DNA of 24,000 bases from contig JAKVKC010000016.1 of NCBI GenBank assembly GCA_022486705.1, forward strand, positions 17,213 to 41,212. The letters run 5' to 3'. This document shows, in pieces, positions 7,147-14,162 of the stretch; position 1 is the stretch's first letter; every line of letters starts with the position of its first letter. This DNA comes from Solobacterium sp. (GTDB taxonomy: Bacteria > Bacillota_I > Bacilli_A > Erysipelotrichales > Erysipelotrichaceae). The notes beneath the pieces were generated by a model. That model was not told the DNA's origin. It saw nothing but the letters and a program-made list of their open reading frames with translations, and ran no database searches. A program made the position numbers and the translations under genes.

Positions 7147-8073
7147 ATGGATCTTCAAACGTTCTGTAATATAGTTGCAGGGGCTCGGAGAATGCAGAAA
7201 TTGGCAAAACAAGTGAAGCGTCAGATATGGTTCCGATATTTCTATACGGCTCTGATGGTCGCTTTATCTGCACTTATGATCACAGCAGCACTGGAAATGT
7301 TCCTGCGCCCAGCCGGCTTTTTGCCAAGCGGATTTACAGGACTGGCAAATTTAATACAGATGTCCGCTGAACAAGGCGGAATCCACCTGAATCTTGGCAT
7401 GATTGTTGTTCTGCTGAATATCCCTGCGGCGCTTCTTTGCCTTAAAGGTATTTCACTGAAATTCACTATATTTTCTTCTCTTCAGGTCATTCTGCTTTCG
7501 ATTTTTTTGAATTGCTGTCATTTTACACCAGTATTTGCTGATCCGATTTTAAATGCAATTGTTGGAGGTGTTATTTATGGCCTGGGTATTGTAGTTGCTT
7601 TGAAGGGCAATGCAAGTACCGGAGGAACAGATTTTATTGCTTTATATATTTCTAATAAAACAGGCAGAGGAATCTGGAATTATGTTTTTTTGTTCAATTG
7701 CAGTCTTCTTTGCATATTTGGCATCAAGTTTGGCTGGGAATTGGTTGGATATTCAGTTTTATGTCAATTTATATCTACGAAGATGATTGAGTCTCTCTAT
7801 CACCGATATGAACGTTCGACTTTGCAGATCACCACAAAAAAGCCTGAGGAATTGGTCAGGGCATATACTAGCCATTACCGTCATGGCATTACGATTCTGC
7901 AGGGCGTAGGCGGATATTCAAATACACCATATTATGTACTGAATACAGTAGCTTCGTCATATGAGGCAAAAGATATTGCGCATCAGATGCTGAGTGTGGA
8001 TCCTCACGCCATCATCAATGTATATAAGACCGAGGAATTTTACGGCGGATTCTATCGCGAACCAATGGAATAA
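7147..8073 (+). CDS. YitT-family integral membrane protein (DUF161-type repeats plus C-terminal DUF2179-like domain)
   Basis: 308 aa with multiple TM segments. GGTDFIALYIS motif. C-terminal soluble domain: ITILQGVGGYSNTPYYVLNTVASSYEAKDI...INVYKTEEFYGGF. Start is uncertain: ATG 7147 or 7192, neither with a well-spaced SD. Confidence 0.75.
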   Translation: MDLQTFCNIVAGARRMQKLAKQVKRQIWFRYFYTALMVALSALMITAALEMFLRPAGFLPSGFTGLANLIQMSAEQGGIHLNLGMIVVLLNIPAALLCLKGISLKFTIFSSLQVILLSIFLNCCHFTPVFADPILNAIVGGVIYGLGIVVALKGNASTGGTDFIALYISNKTGRGIWNYVFLFNCSLLCIFGIKFGWELVGYSVLCQFISTKMIESLYHRYERSTLQITTKKPEELVRAYTSHYRHGITILQGVGGYSNTPYYVLNTVASSYEAKDIAHQMLSVDPHAIINVYKTEEFYGGFYREPME

Positions 8074-8085
8074 GGAGAAAAAGGT

Positions 8086-9039
8086 ATGTGGACGATTGTA
8101 GCAACATGGCGAATGGCATTGGAAGGTGTTCAGGAGGCATCAAAGATCTTGGCAGAACAGGGAGATGCCTGTGATGCAGTAGAAACGGCAGGGAAAATGG
8201 TAGAAGACAACCAGTGGTATAAATCGGTTGGATTCGGCGGACTGCCAAATGAAGAAATGGATGTGGAACTTGATGCTGGATTTATGAATGGCAATACGAT
8301 GGGAGTTGGTGCTGTTGCAGGTATTCATGATTTTGCAAATCCAATATCTATTGCCAGAAGACTGAGCAGGGAAGAAACGAATTGTATGCTTGCAGGATTG
8401 GGGGCAGAACGTTTTGCATCTCATGAAGGTTTTGAAAGAAAAAACATGCTGACAGACAGAGCAAAGAGACTGTATCGTGAAAAAATACAGGAAACGAAAC
8501 AGACACAGAATCCATATAAGGGACATGATACGGTCGGCATTGCGGCAGTTGACCAAAATGGAAAGATTGCTGCTGGAACATCTACTAGCGGCCTGTTCCT
8601 TAAGAAACCAGGAAGAATTGGAGATTCGCCCGTTGTTGGAAGCGGCTTCTATGCAGACAGTGAGACAGGCGCAGCCTGTGCTACTGGTCTTGGCGAAGAT
8701 TTAATGAAAGGATGCATATCTTACGAAATTGTACGTCGGATGAAAGATGGCGAAGGTGTACAGGATGCCTGTGATCATGCTGTATCTGCTCTAGAACAGA
8801 AATTGAGAAGAAGCCGTGGTAAAGCAGGAGATCTTTCTGTTGTTGCTATTGATAAGAATGGAAATTATGGTGCCGCAACAAATATTGATGGTTTCTCCTT
8901 TGTTGTTATGAAAGAAAATGAAGAGCTAAAAGTATTTGTTACAAAAGCAAACAATGGACATACGACATATTCTGAAGCAAGCGAAGAATGGCTGGCGGAG
9001 TATATGTCGACACACAGTGCACTAGTGGAGAAAAAATGA
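8086..9039 (+). CDS. Glycosylasparaginase (N4-(beta-N-acetylglucosaminyl)-L-asparaginase; Ntn-hydrolase, asparaginase-2 family), no signal peptide
   Basis: 317 aa. ATW...DAVE...SVGFGGLPNEEMDVELDAGFMNGNTMGVGAVAG. Autoprocessing/nucleophile motif GHD-TVGIAAVD. AAGTSTSG and GRIGDSPVVGSGFYAD closely parallel human AGA HDTIG/AAGTSTNG/GRVGDSPIPGAGAYAD as I recall them. The protein starts directly with the mature domain (MWTIVATW). SD AGGAGA precedes it. Confidence 0.8.
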   Translation: MWTIVATWRMALEGVQEASKILAEQGDACDAVETAGKMVEDNQWYKSVGFGGLPNEEMDVELDAGFMNGNTMGVGAVAGIHDFANPISIARRLSREETNCMLAGLGAERFASHEGFERKNMLTDRAKRLYREKIQETKQTQNPYKGHDTVGIAAVDQNGKIAAGTSTSGLFLKKPGRIGDSPVVGSGFYADSETGAACATGLGEDLMKGCISYEIVRRMKDGEGVQDACDHAVSALEQKLRRSRGKAGDLSVVAIDKNGNYGAATNIDGFSFVVMKENEELKVFVTKANNGHTTYSEASEEWLAEYMSTHSALVEKK

Positions 9040-9797
9040 AGATGAGAGTAGAAATATGCTGCGGTAGCTATGATGATTGTATTCAATCCGAAAAAGGCGG
9101 TGCAGATAGAGTGGAACTGAACAGTGCATTATTCCTTGGCGGTCTGACTCCATCGGATGCAACTGTCAGAAAAACAATTGAGAACTGTCATCTGCCGATT
9201 ATCTGCATGGTCAGACCTCGCGGAGCCGGATTCTGCTATCAGCCATGGGAAGCGGAAATCATGTTCTCTGATGCTGAAAGAATGCTGAATCTTGGGTGTG
9301 CCGGCATTGCTTTCGGGTTTCTAAATGAGGATCGAACAATCAACAATGCATGGACAAAAAGAATGATTGAATTGATCCATTCCTATCCAGGAAAAAGAGA
9401 AGCAGTTTTTCATCGCGCATTCGACTGTGTGCAGGATATGGATGCTTCAATACAGCTTCTGATTTCACTAGGATGCGATCGTGTCTTGACGTCTGGCGGC
9501 AAAGGAAAAGCATTTGATGGTGCAGAAAGAATCAGAGATCTGCAAAAGAATTATGGAAATAAAATCGAAATTTTAGCAGGCAGCGGTATCAATGCTGGGA
9601 ATGCTGCAGACCTAATTCTGCAAACCGGCATTGCCCAAGTGCATTCAAGTGCAAAAACATGGGAGATTGATTCAACGACGACTGCTCAAGATGTCAGCTA
9701 TGCCTATCATGGGAAATTTGACTATGATGCTGTGTCTCTATCAAAAGTCAGAGAGTTGGCAGATGCAGTACGAAACATGCAGCATTCAGGAAGATGA
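9036..9797 (+). CDS. cutC: CutC-family TIM-barrel protein (annotated copper-homeostasis protein; true function unclear)
   Basis: Start trimmed from track ORF 8988 to in-frame ATG 9036, giving an ATGA overlap with the upstream stop (9037-9039) and a GGAG 6 nt upstream. MKMRVEICCGSYDDCIQSEKGGADRVELNSALFLGGLTPS is a typical CutC N-terminus. 253 aa. Confidence 0.85.
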   Translation: MKMRVEICCGSYDDCIQSEKGGADRVELNSALFLGGLTPSDATVRKTIENCHLPIICMVRPRGAGFCYQPWEAEIMFSDAERMLNLGCAGIAFGFLNEDRTINNAWTKRMIELIHSYPGKREAVFHRAFDCVQDMDASIQLLISLGCDRVLTSGGKGKAFDGAERIRDLQKNYGNKIEILAGSGINAGNAADLILQTGIAQVHSSAKTWEIDSTTTAQDVSYAYHGKFDYDAVSLSKVRELADAVRNMQHSGR

Positions 9798-9807
9798 GGG
9801 ATTGAAT

Positions 9808-10128
9808 ATGGAAGGCAATGAATTGATAAGTTTTCACATTATTTCAGCAGCAGGAGCATCGAGAAGTATGTATATTGAAGCCATGCGTGCAATCCGTGAA
9901 GGAAATTTGACGAAAGCAGAAGCTTTGGTAGATCAGGGGACAGAAGAATTTAATAAAGCTCATTTGGAGCATGCATCACTGATTCAAAAAGAAGCGGCAG
10001 GTGAAAAGGTAATGATGGATCTTCTCTTGGTGCATGCGGAAGATCAGATTATGAGCACAGAAACAATCAAGATCTTAACAGATGAAGAACTTGCCTGGGC
10101 ACAGAAAAATGCAGAAAGAAAGGTTTAG
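9808..10128 (+). CDS. PTS EIIA component, lactose/cellobiose (Lac) family
   Basis: Start trimmed to ATG 9808 (SD GAGGG, 7-nt spacing). 106 aa. ISFHIISAAGASRSMYIEAMRAIREGNLTKAEALV...LLLVHAEDQIMS (phospho-His region). Confidence 0.85.
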   Translation: MEGNELISFHIISAAGASRSMYIEAMRAIREGNLTKAEALVDQGTEEFNKAHLEHASLIQKEAAGEKVMMDLLLVHAEDQIMSTETIKILTDEELAWAQKNAERKV

Positions 10129-10131
10129 TTT

Positions 10132-10755
10132 ATGACAGCAAGAAAGAAAACAAGAATAGCAGTGAACAGTAAAGCATCCAGCAGAGTTGGATATTTTATT
10201 CGCAGGATACTTGCCTTTGGACTTGATTATCTGATCGTCAATCGTGTCTGCATCATGGCAACAGCACTTGTATATGGAATGATGAACCATGGAGAGGTAA
10301 TTATTTTGAGTGACCTTTCCAGTGTGCCGCTCCTACAATGTGCAGTGATCTTAACTGTGATTTTTATCATATCCATTCTGTATTTTGTTTATATTCCATA
10401 TCATGTCTGGAAAGGACAGACACTTGTACAGCATGTTTTTCAGCTGAAAATGGTCAATGAGAATCATGAGGATGTAGATCTCAAGACACAGCTGAAAAGA
10501 TTTATTATTGGCTGCCTATTATTGGAGGGGACATTTTATTACTTTACATCTGTACTGAAAAATGTAGTTATTCTGAAGTTCTTATACAGCAATCCGGAAA
10601 CAATGGATTGGATCTTGAGCGGTCCGATCTTACTGCTGTCAGCATATTCAATGATCTCGTCTTTGCTTGATAAAAAACAGAGCAGGACACTGCATGACCG
10701 TATCTTTCATACAGAAGTCATTGATATTTATGATGGTACCGGACATGCATTGTAA
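10132..10755 (+). CDS. RDD-family-like integral membrane protein, function unknown
   Basis: 207 aa. N-terminal YFIRRILAFGLDYLIVN resembles the RDD-domain signature. Several hydrophobic segments. Starts 3 nt after the EIIA stop. Confidence 0.5.
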   Translation: MTARKKTRIAVNSKASSRVGYFIRRILAFGLDYLIVNRVCIMATALVYGMMNHGEVIILSDLSSVPLLQCAVILTVIFIISILYFVYIPYHVWKGQTLVQHVFQLKMVNENHEDVDLKTQLKRFIIGCLLLEGTFYYFTSVLKNVVILKFLYSNPETMDWILSGPILLLSAYSMISSLLDKKQSRTLHDRIFHTEVIDIYDGTGHAL

Positions 10756-10846
10756 TTTTCCTAGGAAGCGGAAATGAGCTTGCAAAGAAGCGTATAAATT
10801 ATCCGCTAGGATAAAGGTAGCAAAAAAAGATGAAAGGAGGATAATC

Positions 10847-11188
10847 ATGATTCGAAAGATATATCTGTTCTGCAATGCCGGCATGTCAACATCATTGATG
10901 GCCAGCAAAATGCAGAAAGTTGCTGATGATCATAAGATCCCTGTGGAAGTGAAAGCCTTCCCAGATGGACAGATTGATAAGATCGTCGCAGAGAGCAATC
11001 CAGATGTCATATTGCTTGGACCTCAAGTGAAGTATCTGTATGAAAAAATTACAGATAAGTATGGAGATTCAGGAAAACTGATTGATGTCATTGATCAGGA
11101 AGACTATGGAAGCATGAATGGTGAACGTGTATTGAAACAAGTGTTAGTCAATCTTAAAAAACAAGAAAGTGAAAAAAAGGGGAAATAA
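10847..11188 (+). CDS. PTS EIIB component, Lac family
   Basis: 113 aa. IYLFCNAGMSTSLMASKMQ contains the catalytic Cys loop. Strong SD AAGGAGG at 10834-10840. Confidence 0.9.
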   Translation: MIRKIYLFCNAGMSTSLMASKMQKVADDHKIPVEVKAFPDGQIDKIVAESNPDVILLGPQVKYLYEKITDKYGDSGKLIDVIDQEDYGSMNGERVLKQVLVNLKKQESEKKGK

Positions 11189-11194
11189 TTCATT

Positions 11195-12538
11195 ATGATG
11201 AAAAAACTGGAAAGCTGGCTGATGCCGATAGCCAATACTTTATCTAAGAATAAAGTGTTGATATCCATCAGAGATGGCTTCATCTTCGCACTGCCAATGA
11301 TTGTTATTGGCTCTATCTTCCTGCTGATCTCAAACTTCCCAATTGAAGGCTGGTCTGAATTTGTTGCCAGTTTTGCTGGAAAAGGATGGGAAACCAATTT
11401 TGATGCAGTAACTTCAGCAACATTCGACTGCTATGCGATTCTTGGATGTATGGGTATTGCATATGCCTATGCACGTGAGAATGGTGTAGACAAGATTGAA
11501 TGTGCACTTCTTTCGTTAGTCAACTTCTTGATCTTAGCACCTAAGTCATTCCCTGATTATGTCAATGCGAATGGCAAGGCATTCTCTGGATTTGCCTTTG
11601 CAAATTTGGGAACAAAAGGCATCTTCTTAGCTATGATCACAGCTATCTTCACAGTTCTGATGTTTAAATTTGTTGTGAAGAAGCATTGGGTCATCAAACT
11701 TCCTGATGGAGTTCCGCCTGCAGTTATGGATTCCTTCGCTGCTTTGATCCCGGCTGCATTTACAATGGTCGTCTTCTTTATTGTAAATATCATCTTCACG
11801 CATACATCATTTGGCAATGCACCTGCTTTCATCTACGCAGTGCTGCAGGCACCATTGATGGGAGTTGGACGGTCTGCTGGATTTGAGGTACTGTATCAGT
11901 TCTTGAGCACACTGTTCTGGCTGTTTGGTATCAATGGACCTGCTGTTACAAATACAATTTTCTCGCCAATCCATCAGGCATTGACACTGGAAAACTACGA
12001 AGCAGCAGCTGCTGGTCTGCCAATGACAAACATCTTTACCGCAGGGTTCTCAGACTTCTTCTGCAATTTCGGCGGCGGCGGTTCTACACTGGGCTTAGTA
12101 ATCATGATGGCATTCTTTGCCAAGTCAAAGCGCATGAAGACTTTAGGAAAGCTTTCACTCCCAGCTGCTATCTTTGGAATTAATGAGCCGATCATCTTCG
12201 GACTTCCTATTGTGCTGAACCCATTGATGGCTATTCCATTTATGCTGGCACCTGTACTGAACACAATACTTGCACAGATTGCAACGCAGATTGGGTTCAT
12301 ACCAATTACCATCGGTGTTCAGCTGTCATGGACAACGCCGATCTTTATCTCAGGATTCTTAGTTACAGGATCAATCAATGCAGTTATTCTGCAGGCAGTA
12401 CAGCTTGCAATGGATATGGGAATCTATTATCCATTTATGAGAATGCAGGACATCAAGTATCTTGAAGATGAGAAAAATGTAGATAATAAGAAAGATGATC
12501 TGGACGATCTGTCCTTCGATGATCTGCAGCTGAATTGA
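11195..12538 (+). CDS. PTS EIIC permease, Lac (cellobiose/chitobiose) family
   Basis: 447 aa, polytopic. The N-terminal LSKNKVLISIRDGFIFALPMIVIGSIFLLISNFP and INEPIIFGLPIVLNP motifs are typical of ChbC/CelB-type EIIC. Confidence 0.9.
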   Translation: MMKKLESWLMPIANTLSKNKVLISIRDGFIFALPMIVIGSIFLLISNFPIEGWSEFVASFAGKGWETNFDAVTSATFDCYAILGCMGIAYAYARENGVDKIECALLSLVNFLILAPKSFPDYVNANGKAFSGFAFANLGTKGIFLAMITAIFTVLMFKFVVKKHWVIKLPDGVPPAVMDSFAALIPAAFTMVVFFIVNIIFTHTSFGNAPAFIYAVLQAPLMGVGRSAGFEVLYQFLSTLFWLFGINGPAVTNTIFSPIHQALTLENYEAAAAGLPMTNIFTAGFSDFFCNFGGGGSTLGLVIMMAFFAKSKRMKTLGKLSLPAAIFGINEPIIFGLPIVLNPLMAIPFMLAPVLNTILAQIATQIGFIPITIGVQLSWTTPIFISGFLVTGSINAVILQAVQLAMDMGIYYPFMRMQDIKYLEDEKNVDNKKDDLDDLSFDDLQLN

Positions 12539-12539
12539 T

Positions 12540-13064
12540 ATGAAAGTTGTGCTGATATTTGATTCCGGTCTATCCGGCGAAGGAGGAAAATCCAATCCTA
12601 ACTGTCCTTTAGGAGCAGCACATGGTGGGATTGGAACGGCTCAGATCATGGAGCCTGCATTTAAAAAGATTAATGCGGAAGTACAGGCAACTCTCTATTG
12701 CGGTGTTGGCTATTACGCTGAGCATTCAGAAGAGGTCGTTGCAAAAATGACGGCGATGATCAAACGTTTAAACCCGGATTTTGTTGTGTGCGGTCCTGGG
12801 TTCAACTTCCCTGAGTATTCTGAAATGTGTGCTGCATGCTGTGCATCGATTTTAGCAAATACAGATGTACATGCATGTGCAATGATGTCAAAGGAAAATG
12901 TTGATGTGATTGACAAGTATGCAAAACAGGTGCCAATTTTGAAAATGCCAAAAAAAGGCGGCACAGGATTAGGGGATTCCTTTGATGCATTGGCAGAATA
13001 CATGGAAGCAAGTGTTTCTCATCCAGAAAAAATTGCTGAGCTTTCCGAAAAGTACTGCTATTAA
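12540..13064 (+). CDS. Small soluble protein resembling the N-terminal part of glycine/sarcosine/betaine/D-proline reductase component B (GrdB/PrdB family); function unknown
   Basis: 174 aa. MKVVLIFDSGLSGEGGKSNPNCPLGAAHGGIGTAQ...NPDFVVCGPGFNFPEYSEMC parallels my recollection of GrdB N-termini (VVHYINQFFAGIGGEEKA...P...GPG...PDLFIAGPAFNAGRYG). ATG lies 1 nt after the EIIC stop with no SD, suggesting coupling. Confidence 0.45.
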   Translation: MKVVLIFDSGLSGEGGKSNPNCPLGAAHGGIGTAQIMEPAFKKINAEVQATLYCGVGYYAEHSEEVVAKMTAMIKRLNPDFVVCGPGFNFPEYSEMCAACCASILANTDVHACAMMSKENVDVIDKYAKQVPILKMPKKGGTGLGDSFDALAEYMEASVSHPEKIAELSEKYCY

Positions 13065-13072
13065 CGAAACTG

Positions 13073-13104
13073 ACCCGGGATCCCTATGCGATCTCGGGTT
13101 TTCT
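13073..13104 (+). terminator. Intra-operon intrinsic-terminator-like hairpin (10-bp stem, 7-nt loop, UUUUCU)
   Basis: ACCCGGGAUC (13073-13082) pairs with GAUCUCGGGU (13090-13099), including one G-U pair. Followed by UUUCU. Immediately upstream of SD AAGGAG (13107-13112) and ATG 13119. Confidence 0.55.
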
Positions 13105-13118
13105 AAAAGGAGACTAAA

Positions 13119-14162
13119 ATGAAAGACGAAAATATAAAACGTGCGATGCAGCTTGCTTCAGCGATGGGTGTCAGCGGTGAAGAAAATGATGTTCGAAAAA
13201 TAATGACTCATGCATTTGGAAATGATCATCTCTGCAGTGATCGTCTCGGCTCACTTTTCTGTGTAAAAGAAACGAAAAGCAAAGATGCTCCAACTTTGAT
13301 GATTGCAACAAATTTAGATGAGCCAGGCTTAATGATCGATGAGATCCTTTCTGATGGCAGACTTTCTTTTGTTGCATTGGAAGATCTTTCACCAGCCAGT
13401 TTGCTGCATCAGAGAGTGCAGATCTGGACACGAAGTCATAAATGCCGCTATGGCATCATTTCATGCATTCATACAAAATTTATGGAAGAAGCTAAATCAT
13501 CTGTTTTACTTTCTGAACTGACAATTGAAACGGGAATGAGTCAAAAAGAAGCAGATGAAACATTTCATATAGGCGATCTGGCATGTATTGACGGTGATCC
13601 AATGATGCTGAATGAACATATGATGACTGGTAAAGCATTATACAATCGTATTCTTCTTGAAGCAATATTGGAAATAAGAGAATCTTTGGAGAAAGACAAA
13701 TTAGATTATAGAATTGCTTTTGGCGGCATTGCACAGTCGGTGATTGGATGGCGTGGGACTAAAACAGCTACATATGTAGTCAGACCGGATGCGGCGCTCG
13801 TCTTGACAGGCTTCGAGATCAATGCATCTGATCCGTTAATTCATTTTGGTGACGGTACAATCTGTGAATACTATGATAAGCAGATGCTGCCAAGCAGGAT
13901 GCTGCTGAATGATTTTACAAAAAATGTCGAAACAGTCCCTTATTTCGGCTATTACGGGAATGATGGTTCATTTATACATAAAACAATCAAAGGAACACCA
14001 TCATTGGCTGTGGGAATTGGAATGAAGAATATCGGAACTAACACAGTGATTGCTGATCTGAACGATATAGATACTTTAGTAAAGAATGTTGCTGCATACT
14101 GCCGTCATCTAAATGCTGAACAAATACGGAAGTTCCAGTTTGAGGCTGAACATGAACACTGA
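13119..14162 (+). CDS. M42-family (TET/FrvX/YsdC-like) peptidase homolog with all metal ligands substituted; predicted non-catalytic paralog
   Basis: 347 aa, clearly alignable with the next gene. Active-site positions differ: ATNLDEPG vs AAHMDEVG; KALYNRILL vs KALDDRAGC; IAQSVIGWRG vs IQEEPGLRG; LVLTGF vs LAVDTT; MKNIGTN vs IRYMHSM. Confidence 0.8.
   Translation: MKDENIKRAMQLASAMGVSGEENDVRKIMTHAFGNDHLCSDRLGSLFCVKETKSKDAPTLMIATNLDEPGLMIDEILSDGRLSFVALEDLSPASLLHQRVQIWTRSHKCRYGIISCIHTKFMEEAKSSVLLSELTIETGMSQKEADETFHIGDLACIDGDPMMLNEHMMTGKALYNRILLEAILEIRESLEKDKLDYRIAFGGIAQSVIGWRGTKTATYVVRPDAALVLTGFEINASDPLIHFGDGTICEYYDKQMLPSRMLLNDFTKNVETVPYFGYYGNDGSFIHKTIKGTPSLAVGIGMKNIGTNTVIADLNDIDTLVKNVAAYCRHLNAEQIRKFQFEAEHEH

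Noticed and set aside
8140-8581. 138-aa and 77-aa minus-strand ORFs inside the glycosylasparaginase gene; similar antisense ORFs inside EIIC (11557-12312), M42 genes and EIIBC
   Set aside because: All are antisense to strongly supported genes, lack RBSs, and have Cys/Phe/Ile-rich nonsense-like composition.
8988-9035. N-terminal extensions of track ORFs: CutC from 8988, EIIA from 9631, M42-B from 14113, M20 from 15209
   Set aside because: The extensions overlap the preceding genes and lack RBSs. Internal in-frame ATGs (9036, 9808, 14152, 15224/15227) have SD sequences and yield family-typical N-termini and lengths.
10781-10800. Internal promoter TTGCAA / TATAAA ahead of EIIB
   Set aside because: The two hexamers are separated by only 7 nt, which is incompatible with a sigma-A promoter.
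12540-13064. Selenoprotein (in-frame UGA recoding) in the GrdB-like ORF
   Set aside because: The ORF has no internal TGA and ends with TAA. It stops far short of the region where GrdB/PrdB carry selenocysteine, and no SECIS-like hairpin is needed to explain it.
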